The position numbers were made by a program, and so were the translations under genes. 64,000 nt of DNA from an uncultured Methanoregulaceae archaeon. GTDB lineage: Archaea; Halobacteriota; Methanomicrobia; Methanomicrobiales; Methanospirillaceae. Below are positions 1 to 11,628 of this stretch, piece by piece (the first letter of the stretch is position 1; each line of letters starts with the position of its first letter). The notes under the pieces are model-generated. The model worked only from the letters and a program-made list of their open reading frames with translations. It ran no database searches and had not been told where the DNA came from. The stretch spans positions 2,144,001 to 2,208,000 of the forward strand of contig OY969564.1 in assembly GCA_963701095.1 (NCBI GenBank), written 5' to 3'.

Positions 1-163
1 ATGCTGTTCATGCATACCTTCAAACGTGGCATGCTGTGTGCTCGAATTGTAACGGAAAAACGGAAGTATCCTGTTAGAGAACCATTGTCATCGCCGCATA
101 TTTATTGTGTTAAAAGCGAATAGTAGAGGAGATAAGTACCCAGTTGTACTCTTGAGGCAATAC

Positions 164-1056
164 ATGGAAAAGACACCTACTGGCACCTTGCCAGACAACC
201 CAAACAAAGATTCCTGCTCGCATGAATGCTCCGGTTGCGCGACAGCAGGCACCTGTTCTGATGCGAAATCCAGTTTGCCCCCTAAAGCAGATATTGACGT
301 AAGACATGTCATTTTGGTGCTTTCGGGAAAAGGGGGTGTGGGAAAATCAACGGTATCTGTTAATCTTTCCTACGCTCTTTCCAGTCATGGCTTTAAAGTA
401 GGGCTCCTGGATCTGGATTTACACGGCCCAAACATTCCGAAAATGCTCGGTATTGAGGATTATAAACTCTCGACAATCGGGAATAAGATTGAACCGGTCC
501 ACGTCACCGGGGCCCTATCAGTAATATCCATGGCGTTCCTGCTTCCTGATAAGAGTACGCCGATCATCTGGCGGGGGCCTATGAAAATGGCGGCGATTAA
601 CCAGTTCCTCACCGATGTTAACTGGGGTTCACTTGATTATCTTGTTGTAGATCTCCCCCCGGCACTGGTGATGAAGCACTAACCATCGCACAACTCGCTC
701 CTAACGTTCGCGGAGCGATTATCGTGACTACACCTCAGGATGTTGCCACTCTTGACTCAAAAAAAGCCATAAAGTTCGTTGAAAAACTTGGGTTGCCAGT
801 TATTGGCGTCATCGAGAACATGAGTGGAATGGTCTGCCCTCATTGCGGTCAGGAAATAGATCTTTTCGGCAAAGGTGGTGGAAAAAAGATTGCTGATGAA
901 ATGTCAGTACCTTTCCTTGGTGCCATTCCGATAGATATGGACATGCGAAAAGCCGGCGACGAAGGACGACCGTTCATTATCCGGCGCGGTGACAGCCAGA
1001 CGTGGACGAGCGTGGATAAAATTATGGAAGAGCTCATAAAAATTGTTGAAGGATAG
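164..1056 (+). CDS. Mrp/NBP35 (ApbC) Fe-S cluster carrier ATPase, split by one frameshift near 655-660
   Basis: N-terminal Cys cluster CxxxCxxCxxxxxC, GKGGVGKS Walker A, WRGP motif. DLPPGTGDEAL is restored by adding one base in the C run; ENMS and CPHC motifs lie in the 724..1056 fragment. Confidence 0.9.
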
Positions 1057-1061
1057 CCGTT

Positions 1062-1370
1062 ATGAATTATTTTCGGATACTCACCGGAACCGGAACCCCC
1101 CTCTCCATTTATGACCCGGTTATCTCCTGCTTGGAAAATCCCCTGGCATTTCCTGATCTTTTGGAACCGGTGTACCGGCAGGCAATGAAACTTGACGATG
1201 AAACGCTTGACCAGTTCCGGTTTGCTCTCCTGCGACTCCAGCTCTACGCGGATATCCATCGCAATGAAGATATGGAAAAGGCAATGCATATCCGGTACGT
1301 TTCCCAGGTATTAGAGAAAGTAATCTTTGGTACTCTTGTCATGGAGCCACAGGAATCTGATTCATCCTGA
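1062..1370 (+). CDS. Hypothetical protein (102 aa)
   Basis: ATG ORF 5 nt after the Mrp stop, protein-like composition, no recognised motif. Confidence 0.7.
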   Translation: MNYFRILTGTGTPLSIYDPVISCLENPLAFPDLLEPVYRQAMKLDDETLDQFRFALLRLQLYADIHRNEDMEKAMHIRYVSQVLEKVIFGTLVMEPQESDSS

Positions 1371-1527
1371 TTATCCTCCCGTACCACAAAGCTATTATCG
1401 GGGTAAATATGCAAGGATGATACCTATAAGTGCCCCCCCTGCACATGTATATTTGAGTGCCCAAAGTATCCTGCAAAATTCTTTCTTCCAGGACCCTGAC
1501 TACATCACAAAACAGGACAGATATACC

Positions 1528-1983
1528 ATGACTTCACGCATGCATGCCCCTCATACTACCTGCCCCGGTTGCCAGGAGGAGGTTTTTCTTGATGAGCTGG
1601 TGGGAGGTAAATGTCCCCTATGCGGCTGTTCACTGGAGGATTTCGAAGAGTCCATAGGTGAATATGATGGTATCCTTGATCGTTCCGATCTTTCATGGTT
1701 AATCTTCAATTATTTTGTCTTTAAAAAATTCGTTGATCTTGGTGTTCCGCCCTCACAGATCATGGATTTTCTTTCAAGTTACGAGCAGAATGCTGAAAAA
1801 CCCCGGGAAGATGCGATAAAAACAGAGTTTTCCTTGGATCTTCCGATGGGAATACTTGATATAGTCCGGCCCAAGCGGTGTTCAAAATGCAACCGGCTCT
1901 TTGTGCGGGGTGGCCGAAAACAAATAACCGGCAATACGCATTCCACCATGGTAAAAATTCAATACTTGTGTGACCGGTGCTGA
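1528..1983 (+). CDS. Hypothetical protein with two predicted Zn ribbons
   Basis: CPGC...CPLC near the N-terminus and CSKC...CDRC near the C-terminus; ATG at 1528 preferred over the overlapping upstream start. Confidence 0.75.
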   Translation: MTSRMHAPHTTCPGCQEEVFLDELVGGKCPLCGCSLEDFEESIGEYDGILDRSDLSWLIFNYFVFKKFVDLGVPPSQIMDFLSSYEQNAEKPREDAIKTEFSLDLPMGILDIVRPKRCSKCNRLFVRGGRKQITGNTHSTMVKIQYLCDRC

Positions 1984-2088
1984 ATTTTCGGTGATCATTT
2001 TTTTCAGATACATTTTTGGTACTTGCTGGTTAAGTAAGAATTATCGGAGCCCGGTAAGATAATAATGCAAGTACACGGCTTCTTTTGC

Positions 2089-3063
2089 TTACTTCCGTTG
2101 GGATACAATTATTATAATGCCGATGATGGCAAGGGCAGCACAACTGATGAGGAGGGGGAGCAGGACTCCATAAGTTGTCAGACTGGGAGGCAACGGAGAT
2201 TGCTTGGAAAGTGAAGTGTTGCCAGCTATAAGGTAGGGAAGAATGTTCAGATTTGCCGAGGCACTTTCAGATGTCGTATATTTTTGTTCGCTTATCGTCA
2301 CAATGTACGAACCAGCGGGAAGGCCGGGTTCATCGAGGGAAAATGTCCATTGGTTTGAATTGGTGCCTGCTTCTACGGGGATGTTTTGCGAAGTTATTAC
2401 TTCCCCTGAAGTAGCATTTTTGATCGCGACGTTGAGCTGATTTTCTGGCCCTATGTTTGTGGTTCCGGTGATAAGAAGGGCTTCGCCGGTAGTCTGATCG
2501 GGGAGATCGCCATTACTGTTTACCCGGTCAAAATGAATGGACGGCTCCTCGACAAAATAAAAAGAGGGAGTAAAAATATCGTCCGTATCCGGCTGCTTTG
2601 TGGAATTGAGAATGGTGCTGACGATCGGGGTAATGTTTGCCGGGAAAGATGAAATCTGCCCGATATCTCCTACGATTTTTCCCTGGTCTGCAATACGTAT
2701 CCCATCACTCCAGAGTAAAGGACCGATCTCAAAGTTTTTATTTCCCCCAGGATCCTGAATCAGAAAAGCATATTGTCCCGGGTAAAAAATGGTTGTCACT
2801 TTCGGCGAAATAACAAAGGTAAAATTTCCCTGCTTATTTGTCTTGGTTGTTACCGTTGAAAAGTAGTTCTGCCCGATTATCCAAAGGGTTACCGAACCGT
2901 TTTTTTCACCAGTACCCGAAAAAGTCACCGTATCGGCTTTCACAATAGTCTGTGGACTGCTGGTTACGACAATCAGTGCAGCAGATCCAGGAATGCCCAA
3001 TACTATAAACAGTGCAAGCAGTGTTACAACAATGGGCCATGCTCTCATATGGTTCTCTCGCAT
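2089..3063 (-). CDS. Secreted, C-terminally anchored cell-surface protein (Methanomicrobiales S-layer-associated/DUF3821-like domains)
   Basis: Signal peptide, Ig-like T/S/N-rich segments (ITGTTN...G.Y.VTI), C-terminal TM helix followed by basic residues. Confidence 0.7.
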   Translation of the reverse strand: MRENHMRAWPIVVTLLALFIVLGIPGSAALIVVTSSPQTIVKADTVTFSGTGEKNGSVTLWIIGQNYFSTVTTKTNKQGNFTFVISPKVTTIFYPGQYAFLIQDPGGNKNFEIGPLLWSDGIRIADQGKIVGDIGQISSFPANITPIVSTILNSTKQPDTDDIFTPSFYFVEEPSIHFDRVNSNGDLPDQTTGEALLITGTTNIGPENQLNVAIKNATSGEVITSQNIPVEAGTNSNQWTFSLDEPGLPAGSYIVTISEQKYTTSESASANLNILPYLIAGNTSLSKQSPLPPSLTTYGVLLPLLISCAALAIIGIIIIVSQRK

Positions 3064-3159
3064 TTACGGTGGTACCGATTAATATGATGCTTGTGTAAAT
3101 AGGGGGCGGTATTCTCTTTTAACATTAACTCACCCCAATGCAGACAAGCTTTTAATTCA

Positions 3160-4599
3160 TTAGTATGTCCTGCCAACGAGAGTTGCTTTGCCTGGCTTGT
3201 TGCAGATGATACAGGGTCCATCCGTAGTGTGGATATATTCCGATCTTACCTCAGTCCCGAGCAGGCTTGAATTCGCGCTCTCTTCTATAATGGTCCCGCA
3301 TGCCTGGTTACGACACCAGTGGATTACGGCAACTTTTCCTTCGTTAAGGATACTGTTCAAAGATTCCATTGAATCTGCCGTGCAAAGGTGAGATATCGTA
3401 TGCTCATCAGCTTTTAACCGGATTTGCATGGTAATATCTTCCAGTACCTTTGTAACTTCTTGTACTGCGGAGGCAAGTGAGATTGCGGTCTTCTCTCCGG
3501 TTGTCCGGCATACCGCCATCGTTTTTCCGGCGTCGAGATCTCTTGGTCCCAGTTCAAGCCTGAGTGGAACTCCCCGGAGTTCCCACCAGTAGTACTTTGC
3601 CCCAGGACGCAGGTCACGTGTATCCAGCATCACCCTGAAACCGGCCTTCTCAAGGTCGGCTTTGAGTTTTTCGGCAGCTATTATTACATCGACGTGACGT
3701 TTCCCGATGGTAATAGGTACAATCACAGCTTGGAAGGTTGCAACTGCCGGAGGGAGAATCAGGCCTTTATCGTCACCGTGAACAGAGATCAGAGCAGCAA
3801 TACAACGCTCTGATATGCCATAGCAGGTCTGGTATGCGATTTTCTGCTCCCCATTCTTATCCTCATATTTGATAGAGAATGTGCGGGAGAAATGATCGCC
3901 GAGATGGTGGACTGTACCTATCTGAAGGGTTTTACCATTGGGCATAATTGTGTCCACTGCAATTGTATAATCGGCGCCAGGGAATTTGTCCCAGTCAGGG
4001 CGTTTTGATATGATAATTGGAATGCATAGGCTCCTGTAAAACTCACGTGTAAGTGTTATTTCGGACTCTACCTGGGTTTCTGCCTCGTCCCAAGTTGCAT
4101 GTACAGTATGTGACTCCATGAACGAAGTGATCTCACGGAGCCGGATCAGGGGACGTGTCTGCTTTGTCTCGTAACGGAAGGTATTGACAACCTGATAGAT
4201 CTTTATAGGGAGATCCGCGTGGGAACGCACCCAGAGGGCAAACATCGGGTAAATTGCAGTCTCACTTGTTGGCCTGAGTGCCAGTTTTACTTCAAGAGGG
4301 GTAGTACCACCGTGTGTCACCCAGTAGACTTCGTTTTCGAATCCTTTGATGTGCTCGGCTTCTTTCATAAACTCTTGTTCAGGGATTAAAAGGGGAAACA
4401 GTGTTTCCTTGTGATCCCGGTCAAGCAGCTCGCGGAGGTGATTGTATACAAATTTGCGGACAGCAAATCCGTACGGATACCAGACGTAGAGCCCTTTTAC
4501 GGGATAGCGGACATCCATGATCTCCGCACGCCACAAAATTTCGTTAAACCATTCGGAAAAATCCTGTTTCTTTGGTAGGGTGCCCGCATCTTCGTTCAT
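3160..4599 (-). CDS. proS: Proline--tRNA ligase (archaeal/eukaryotic type)
   Basis: [23 protein letters not shown] motifs and C-terminal Zn domain. Confidence 0.97.
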   Translation of the reverse strand: MNEDAGTLPKKQDFSEWFNEILWRAEIMDVRYPVKGLYVWYPYGFAVRKFVYNHLRELLDRDHKETLFPLLIPEQEFMKEAEHIKGFENEVYWVTHGGTTPLEVKLALRPTSETAIYPMFALWVRSHADLPIKIYQVVNTFRYETKQTRPLIRLREITSFMESHTVHATWDEAETQVESEITLTREFYRSLCIPIIISKRPDWDKFPGADYTIAVDTIMPNGKTLQIGTVHHLGDHFSRTFSIKYEDKNGEQKIAYQTCYGISERCIAALISVHGDDKGLILPPAVATFQAVIVPITIGKRHVDVIIAAEKLKADLEKAGFRVMLDTRDLRPGAKYYWWELRGVPLRLELGPRDLDAGKTMAVCRTTGEKTAISLASAVQEVTKVLEDITMQIRLKADEHTISHLCTADSMESLNSILNEGKVAVIHWCRNQACGTIIEESANSSLLGTEVRSEYIHTTDGPCIICNKPGKATLVGRTY

Positions 4600-4608
4600 A
4601 AAACCCTC

Positions 4609-5202
4609 TTAAGCTACTATCTGTATGATTACCGGTGTAATAAAAGCCTCGACAACTGCTGCGACGGCAATAAGAGGTATTACAAACAGGAGAAAAAGCC
4701 GGGCCAGACGTGCCGCTTCAAAAGCAGAATCTGCTGCCCCATACCATTCAGCGATGAGTGTCTGCCCCATCAGAAATCCGAGAGCGCTTGCAATAATAAA
4801 CGCAGGAATTTCGAAAATGCCATGAGGAAGAATAGCGGCGGCTATAAAAATGGCCGAATGTGCCTTGCTGATGATCTCGGTGACAGCTCCGATAACGATT
4901 CCGTTCAGACTCAATATCGCAATCGTAAGAATGCCAAAAGAAGCTCCTCCAAGGAAAAGCAAGATGCAGGCATCGAGATTATTGGCAAATATATTAATGC
5001 ACATATTAACTGGATCGCTGATCGTAATCTGACCTGCAATCTCTCTTTGGAACATCTGGAGCAGTTGATTTCCTATTTCGGGATCATGTGCTGTACCGAT
5101 CCATCCTACAATCATTGCAACTAGAAAGAGGAGAACCGTGACAGTTATGGTATTGTATAGTGATGACTGCTCCGTAAAAGTGGGTATATCGGGGTCAGAC
5201 AT
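4609..5202 (-). CDS. Stage II sporulation protein M (SpoIIM)-like membrane protein
   Basis: IFANN, LNG, ILPHGIFEIPA and AAVVEAFITP signatures. Confidence 0.85.
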   Translation of the reverse strand: MSDPDIPTFTEQSSLYNTITVTVLLFLVAMIVGWIGTAHDPEIGNQLLQMFQREIAGQITISDPVNMCINIFANNLDACILLFLGGASFGILTIAILSLNGIVIGAVTEIISKAHSAIFIAAAILPHGIFEIPAFIIASALGFLMGQTLIAEWYGAADSAFEAARLARLFLLFVIPLIAVAAVVEAFITPVIIQIVA

Positions 5203-6061
5203 AGAGGACCATCCGGACCATATCACGGACCCCCGGGGCGAGTCCGACCACTATCATCGCAAGAAGCACGAGGTACCAGAAAGCAGGATTGGCCTCTTTT
5301 CGATAAAGCTGCATAATATAGATAGCTGGGAAAAGGATGACCAGCTTAAGCGGATACATGACAAAGGCAGTCCCTGTCATCTGAATCAGACTTGACCCTA
5401 CTACGTGCTGCTCTATGTAGTGGACGGCAGGATGGAATGTAAGCCCGTAACTGGTGGCACTTGCATCCAGCATCTGCCCAAAAATGAGAGCAATGTAGAG
5501 TGGGTCACCTACATATTCCCAGGAAAGGACATACCTCATGCAGGACCAGACAAGGACAGACGAAGTCAGGGCCATAAGCAGAATTATTGCAAGAATGAAG
5601 AGATCGATATGAGTATACGCCATCCCCCATAATATCAGAATGAGCGAAATGACAAAGACCGATACACAGCCGATGAGAGCGTAAAATGAAATAAAGTCTT
5701 TTATAAGGCCGTGTTTCTTCAGGATGCCACCTATGAAAATTATCCCAAGCGTAAAGAAGAACAGGACGAAATAGATGGGTGGTGTAACGATGAGGTACTG
5801 CCAATCCCCCGTAATCATCCCAGTATCCTGAATAACACGGAGCACCCCGCCAAGTACTACATATGGTAATGTAGCGAGAATAAATGATGAATCAAGTTTT
5901 ATTCCGTGTTCTGAAAGCCACGCAGAATTCGAAAACCACCTGTATAGTAAATATACTCCGATGACAAGGATGATTGCATAGGTGATGGTTTCGACAATAT
6001 TGTAAGGCTCGCCATATTTCACGGGATCGATGTAGTATTTGTATATGAAATCACTAATCAT
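5195..6061 (-). CDS. DUF63 family membrane protein
   Basis: YNIVETITY, GGVLRV, LDASAT, EQHV and LAPGVRD motifs; multiple TM segments. Confidence 0.85.
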   Translation of the reverse strand: MISDFIYKYYIDPVKYGEPYNIVETITYAIILVIGVYLLYRWFSNSAWLSEHGIKLDSSFILATLPYVVLGGVLRVIQDTGMITGDWQYLIVTPPIYFVLFFFTLGIIFIGGILKKHGLIKDFISFYALIGCVSVFVISLILILWGMAYTHIDLFILAIILLMALTSSVLVWSCMRYVLSWEYVGDPLYIALIFGQMLDASATSYGLTFHPAVHYIEQHVVGSSLIQMTGTAFVMYPLKLVILFPAIYIMQLYRKEANPAFWYLVLLAMIVVGLAPGVRDMVRMVLYV

Positions 6062-6072
6062 TCATTAACCGG

Positions 6073-7152
6073 ATGAGCCCAGATACTATAAAATTACTTA
6101 AAGAGAAGGTCTTTGATAAGTCCAAATGGATGCAGTTACCCCGGGATGTTGTAATTGGTCATGACGCTCTCAGCCAGATCCCCCCGGTCTGCGCCGATTT
6201 AAAAATGGGCAGATCAGCACTTCTGATCTCTGGTAAGAATACCATGAAGACGGCAGGAGAAACCGTGCGAGATCTCCTCTCCCAATCAGTGACTGTCAAA
6301 GTTTTTCTCGCTGATGAGATAAGTCCGAAAATTATTGAAGAGGGAGAACGGGCAGCTGAAGGAATGGATTTTGTTGTCGGTGTTGGTGGGGGAAGGGTTA
6401 TCGATACAGCAAAGATCGTGTCATACAATATTGACCGGCAGTTTATCTCCGTGCCGACAGCAGCATCGCATGACGGTATTGCCTCAGCCCGGGCATCTGT
6501 TCCCATGGGCGACGGGAATGTCTCGCTTGAAGCACATCCCCCGCTTGCTATCATCGCGGATACCGGTATTATCGCTTCAGCCCCACACCGTCTCCTTGCA
6601 GCCGGTTGCGCAGATGTGATCTCTAATTATACTGCTATTCTTGACTGGGAGATGGCACACCGTATCAAAGGTGAGCCGATGAGTGAATATGCGATAGCAC
6701 TTTCAAAAATGACTGCAGAAATCCTCGTTAAGAATGCAGACCTTATTAAGCCACATCAGGAACAATCGGCGTGGTTTGTGATAAAGGCGCTTGTGTCAAG
6801 CGGTGTCGCGATGAGCATTGCAGGGTCATCGCGACCCGCAAGCGGGGGAGAACACAAGTTTTCCCATGCTTTAGATCGGCTTGCCCCGGGAAAAGCATTG
6901 CACGGGGAGAGTTGTGGCATTGGTACGATTATTTCGATGTACCTGCATGGGGGTGACTGGAGAGGAATCCGCGAGTCACTTAGAACAATTGGTGCTCCGG
7001 TGACCCCGGCAGATCTTGGCATACCAGACGAGATCGCGGTCGAGGCTCTCCTGATGGCAAAGACTATCCGCCCGGAACGCTTTACAATCTTTGACGCGGG
7101 CATAACTAAAGAATCAGCGGAGAAGCTGGTTCATATGCTCTATGTGGAATAA
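6073..7152 (+). CDS. egsA: sn-glycerol-1-phosphate dehydrogenase
   Basis: GVGGGRVID, PTAASHDGIAS, SRPASGGEHKFSHALD, LHGE motifs. Confidence 0.95.
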   Translation: MSPDTIKLLKEKVFDKSKWMQLPRDVVIGHDALSQIPPVCADLKMGRSALLISGKNTMKTAGETVRDLLSQSVTVKVFLADEISPKIIEEGERAAEGMDFVVGVGGGRVIDTAKIVSYNIDRQFISVPTAASHDGIASARASVPMGDGNVSLEAHPPLAIIADTGIIASAPHRLLAAGCADVISNYTAILDWEMAHRIKGEPMSEYAIALSKMTAEILVKNADLIKPHQEQSAWFVIKALVSSGVAMSIAGSSRPASGGEHKFSHALDRLAPGKALHGESCGIGTIISMYLHGGDWRGIRESLRTIGAPVTPADLGIPDEIAVEALLMAKTIRPERFTIFDAGITKESAEKLVHMLYVE

Positions 7153-7188
7153 CCAAGAATGGCCGCGATATAGAATAGGAATTGTGCT

Positions 7189-7635
7189 ATGGTTGAGACA
7201 AAAACAAAAGTGACCCTTGTCGGAACAGTGCTTGCGAAACCCGGTATTGAATTTGTATATGAAGGAGAGTCCACGGAATGCGGAACCTGCAAAGTAAAAA
7301 AAGCGTGCAACAACTTGGTTAAGGGACACCGGTACCGGATTATTACTGTCCGTAGTACCCACCATGATTGTGCAATTCATTTCAACGGTGCAACAGCGGT
7401 GGAGGTTATGGAGGCCCCGGTAACCATGCTTATCAGTGCGGATATGGCAATGGTGAATTCCAGGATAAAGGTAGAATTCTCCTGCAATAAAGCGGACTGT
7501 AAAAGCTATGTTCTCTGCCGCCCGGATGGAGTGGTTGAAGGTGAAAAATATTTTATTGCAGATGTTTTAGGCAATGCCTCTGATATCTGCAGTAAAGGGC
7601 GAGCGCTTAAACTTGTCGAGATTAAACCCTCGTAG
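7189..7635 (+). CDS. UPF0179 family protein
   Basis: VTLVG..LAK.G.EF, CxxC and further conserved Cys. Confidence 0.85.
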   Translation: MVETKTKVTLVGTVLAKPGIEFVYEGESTECGTCKVKKACNNLVKGHRYRIITVRSTHHDCAIHFNGATAVEVMEAPVTMLISADMAMVNSRIKVEFSCNKADCKSYVLCRPDGVVEGEKYFIADVLGNASDICSKGRALKLVEIKPS

Positions 7636-7664
7636 TCTCTCTCCAAATTTTTTGTCTCATCCTC

Positions 7665-8561
7665 TCATACCTTTTTGTCTTTCCGGATCAGCCAGAGCGC
7701 ATCTGCGACCTGAACAATCTCATTAAACCCACGAAGTACAGCTGTCCATCGTTCCGGGGCAGAATCAATTCCCCAGAACGACCCTGCCAGCGCACCACAA
7801 CATGCCCCGACTGTATCCGCATCTCCGCCAAGATTAATGGCAGAAAGAATCGCGTTTTCAAGGGAATGGGCATTCATGAAACAAAAAAGAGCCGCGTGAG
7901 AACACAAAACGGCATCAAGAGAAGGATCGGGCAGCCTTTGTTTGTAATTCCCCAGTACTGACAAGACTTCCTCGTTCCTGCACACCGACCGGGCATGGGA
8001 GAATGCTTGTCTCCTGGAGACCCCCCGGCACATATCGCTTGCCATCATTGTAAGCCAGGCTGAGCAGTGGCCTGCAACAGGATCAAAATGCGTGAGCTGA
8101 GAACAGGCTATGCTTACCTCGTATGCCATATCAGCCGGGTAAAAGATAGCAATCGGAAATCCCCGCATTACACTTCCGTTCGTCCGGCTCCCATGATGGC
8201 GCTTGTGAACAAGCCAAGCAGCATGGTGCGGCAGGGTACCGGAACGGATCAGATTAAAGAATGCTGAAGAAGTGGGACCGTACCATTCCGGTCGTTCCAA
8301 GTACCCGCAAAGGAGCCGCTGTACAAGGTCGGATGGATTAAAATCCCCGCATACGAGAAGGGATTTTGCGACCGCACATGCCTGAATTGTGTCGTCCGTG
8401 TACTGGCCGGCCGTACGGAAATGGCGCCCTCCGGGCCGCATATTTGTCACCCAGGCTTCAGGCTGGGGAGATCCTTCTAAGGGCGCACCCAATGCGTCTC
8501 CAATTGCGAGTCCCGCAAGCAATCCCCTTGGGTGAATGTATTCTCTTATAAATCTCACCAA
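7665..8561 (-). CDS. ADP-ribosylglycohydrolase (DraG/ARH) family protein; start uncertain
   Basis: GLAIGDALGAP, YTDDT, NGSVMR, GGDADTVGA motifs. Confidence 0.9.
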   Translation of the reverse strand: MVRFIREYIHPRGLLAGLAIGDALGAPLEGSPQPEAWVTNMRPGGRHFRTAGQYTDDTIQACAVAKSLLVCGDFNPSDLVQRLLCGYLERPEWYGPTSSAFFNLIRSGTLPHHAAWLVHKRHHGSRTNGSVMRGFPIAIFYPADMAYEVSIACSQLTHFDPVAGHCSAWLTMMASDMCRGVSRRQAFSHARSVCRNEEVLSVLGNYKQRLPDPSLDAVLCSHAALFCFMNAHSLENAILSAINLGGDADTVGACCGALAGSFWGIDSAPERWTAVLRGFNEIVQVADALWLIRKDKKV

Positions 8562-8612
8562 AAAGGTATATCTGTCGTACGGAAAAATTAACTTTTCAGA
8601 GAAGGCGATAGT

Positions 8613-8891
8613 GTGCAAAAGGAAGAGTTACTGCATCTACATATGCTGATGGTACACATCAGGAAGTATTACGAGAACACTAGTAACGAGGAAATTGTTA
8701 CCGAACGATATGATGCTCTCGAAATATCGCCAGTACATATTCATAAAGATAAAAAAGCCCATAAAGATGCACTTCTCACCTTGGGTGAAGAAGTCGTGAA
8801 CCATATTAGCGGACATCACCACGTAAATGTGGTGAACTATTCTCCAAAGACTGCTACTGCACCGACTCAGCAGGCAGCAGTTGAACATTAA
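8613..8891 (+). CDS. UPF0058 family protein
   Basis: KEELLHLH...Y..L.ISPVHIHK.K..HK.A signature. Confidence 0.85.
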   Translation: MQKEELLHLHMLMVHIRKYYENTSNEEIVTERYDALEISPVHIHKDKKAHKDALLTLGEEVVNHISGHHHVNVVNYSPKTATAPTQQAAVEH

Positions 8892-8894
8892 GTC

Positions 8895-10477
8895 ATGGAT
8901 GAGGCTTTGGCAATCCGGGAGATTATCTCCCGCATCCTCTCCCTCCCACCAGGTGATGTGGGGATCGTTACCGCAAAAATTGAGATCTGTAGGAAGTACC
9001 GTTTGAGTACCGTTCCGAAGAACTCAACTATCCTTGCCGCAGCTACTGAAACAGAACGCGAGGATCTGCGGCGTGTCCTTTTGGTTAAACCTACCCGGAC
9101 CCTTTCAGGAGTCGCTCCTGTTGCAGTTATGACCTCGCCATATCCATGCCCGCATGGGCGTTGCCTGCCATGCCCGGGGGGACCTATGCATCCTTTTGGG
9201 TCCCCACAGAGTTACACCGGTGAGGAGCCTGCGGCAAAACGGGCGCGGGAACATGGTTACGATCCTTTCCTTCAGGTACATGCAAGACTTTGTCAGTTTG
9301 AGACACTGGGGCACCGTGTAGAAAAAGTGGAATTAATCGTAATGGGTGGGACGATGACTGCCCGTCCAGTCGATGTACCAGAATGAGTTTGTTGCCCGGT
9401 GTATAGAGGCTATGAATATGTACCCGGACGCCACGCCAGCAACAAAGGCACCCTCTACAACCGAAGTTGCGGATGCTAATGAGCGTGCTGACGTACGGTG
9501 TGTTGCGATTACCTTTGAAACGCGCCCTGACTGGTGCAAAAAAGAGCATATTAACCGGATGCTTGATCTTGGCGTCACAAAAGTAGAACTGGGTGTCCAG
9601 CACATCGATGACACAATTCTTGCATTCAACAGGAGAGGATGTACAGTTGCCGACACGGTTGAGGCTAACCGTCTCCTGCGGGATGCCGGGATCAAGGTCG
9701 GTTTCCACATGATGCCAAACCTGCCACATTCGACAATCGAATCTGACAGGGCGATGTTTGAGACAATTTTCTCTGATCCCCGGTTCAAGCCGGATTTTTT
9801 AAAAATTTACCCGACACTTGTAACGCCGGGTTCGGAAATAGAAGAACTCTGGGAGCTCAAGAGATACACCCCTTATGTTGAAGAACAGCTCATCGATTTA
9901 ATCGCGTATGCAAAAACACTTATCCCGGAGTATACGCGACTCTCGCAGAGTACAACGGGATATCCCGGCAAAACTGATAGTAGCCGGGTCCCGGCACTCC
10001 AATTTCCGCCAACTGGCCCAGAACAGGCTTGCTGCACAGGGAAGGCACTGCCGATGTATACGGTGCCGGGAGATAGGGAGGCTTCCTTCAGCTTTAGAAT
10101 CGGAAATTCGTGTAACCCATTACGAGTGCTGTGGCGGTACGGAACATTTTATATCTGCGGTGTCTGGAGACTCTCTTATTGGGTTTGCCAGGCTTCGTTT
10201 TCCCGCGAGTGAGTTCCGCGCCGAACTTCACAACGCAGCGCTTTTACGTGAGCTTCATATCTATGGCAGTCTCGTCCCGGTAGGTCTGGAAGCAGCAGAA
10301 ACAGATGAATGGCAGCACCGGAATTTTGGAAGAATTCTTCTCTTGCGCGCAGAAGAGATTGCCACTACAGCAGGATTTGGGCGCATGGCGATTATGAGCG
10401 GTATCGGTGTCCGGCCTTATTACCGGAGACAGGGATATGAGCGCCGGGGGCCCTATATGGTAAAGGAGATAACATGA
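8895..10477 (+). CDS. elp3: Elp3 tRNA U34 carboxymethyltransferase (radical SAM + KAT), split by two frameshifts near 9373 and 9946
   Basis: RTLSGVAPVAVM, CPHGRCLPCPGG, ETRPD, LKIYPTLV, RVQRDIP, QHRNFG and GVRPYY motifs distributed over three frames. Confidence 0.92.
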
Positions 10478-11601
10478 ACCCGGCAACGACTGCATTTGTA
10501 CGACAGCGGTTCTTGGATTACTACCAGAAAGCAATGCTTGTCTCGCCGTCATCTCTTGAGCAACGTGAATGGGGTTTTGTCCTTTTCAACCCGGGAGCGA
10601 CCGAAATGAGGATGCACCGGCATATTGCATTTTTGGATCACCCGATGCTGTTTGATTATATCAGAAACCTCGTGCCTTCACATGTCTATTATTCGAGTGC
10701 TTATTATGAGAAACCCGATGCACCAACGATGGCAGAAAAAATCTGGTGCGGTGCTGATCTGATCTTCGATCTTGATGCAGACCATATTGTCAAGGGAGCC
10801 TATGACCAGATGCTATCCCGGGTTAAAACGGAAACGGAAAAATTGTTGGCAATGCTCAATGATGAACTAGGTATTGATCCAAAACAAATCGAACTGGTCT
10901 TTTCTGGGGGGCGGGGCTATCACGTTCATGTAAAGGATCTGGCTTTTCGCGGTTGGGGAAGTGCAGAAAGGCGGGAGCTTGTTGACTATATTTGTGGCAT
11001 AGGGCTTGATCCAGCTATACTGCTCAACGGATCGTTATCGATGTCCGGATGGCCCGTCAGGTTCCGGGTTGCACTAATTGAATATCTTGAATGGCTGGGA
11101 AGCGTGAAGGAAGAAGAGGCGATTGCGTATCTCACAACCCTTGAAGGAGTGGGAAAAGAATCTGCGTACGGATTTTTAAAAAAGCGCGCGGAGATGATAA
11201 GCACGCTCCGCGGTGAATTTGATTCGACGCTTCTCAAGGACAGGGTTATAAAAGCAATAATTCACGAAACCGAAGGGGAGTTCCGGAAGCGTTTAAATGA
11301 CAAGGCTGCCCTTGCAGATGAGCCGGTTACTACCGATATTAAGCGCCTGATCAGGATGCCGACCTCACTTCACGGAGGGAGCGGTATGAGAGTGCAACCG
11401 CTTGAAGTGAGGGACCTTACCGATTTTGATCCCCTTGTTGATGCCGTGGTCTTTTCAGACCGTGATGTAAGGGTAGATGTACGGTTTCCACTAACCATGC
11501 CGATGCTTGGAAGCACTTATCAGATCCAAAAAGGGATTTCTAAAGTACCTGAGGCAGTGGCAGTTTTCCTCTGTAGTCGCGGCATCGCGGAAATTGCTTG
11601 A
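10474..11601 (+). CDS. priS: DNA primase catalytic subunit
   Basis: REWGF, DLIFDLDAD, FSGGRGYH, RLIRMP.SLH motifs. Confidence 0.95.
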   Translation: MNPATTAFVRQRFLDYYQKAMLVSPSSLEQREWGFVLFNPGATEMRMHRHIAFLDHPMLFDYIRNLVPSHVYYSSAYYEKPDAPTMAEKIWCGADLIFDLDADHIVKGAYDQMLSRVKTETEKLLAMLNDELGIDPKQIELVFSGGRGYHVHVKDLAFRGWGSAERRELVDYICGIGLDPAILLNGSLSMSGWPVRFRVALIEYLEWLGSVKEEEAIAYLTTLEGVGKESAYGFLKKRAEMISTLRGEFDSTLLKDRVIKAIIHETEGEFRKRLNDKAALADEPVTTDIKRLIRMPTSLHGGSGMRVQPLEVRDLTDFDPLVDAVVFSDRDVRVDVRFPLTMPMLGSTYQIQKGISKVPEAVAVFLCSRGIAEIA

Positions 11602-11628
11602 AAATTACAACTCGATCGGGTACCTTTC

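Noticed and set aside
7665..8561. ADP-ribosylation toxin-antitoxin or DraT/DraG pair
   Set aside because: No ADP-ribosyltransferase or nif gene in the window; the context is housekeeping.
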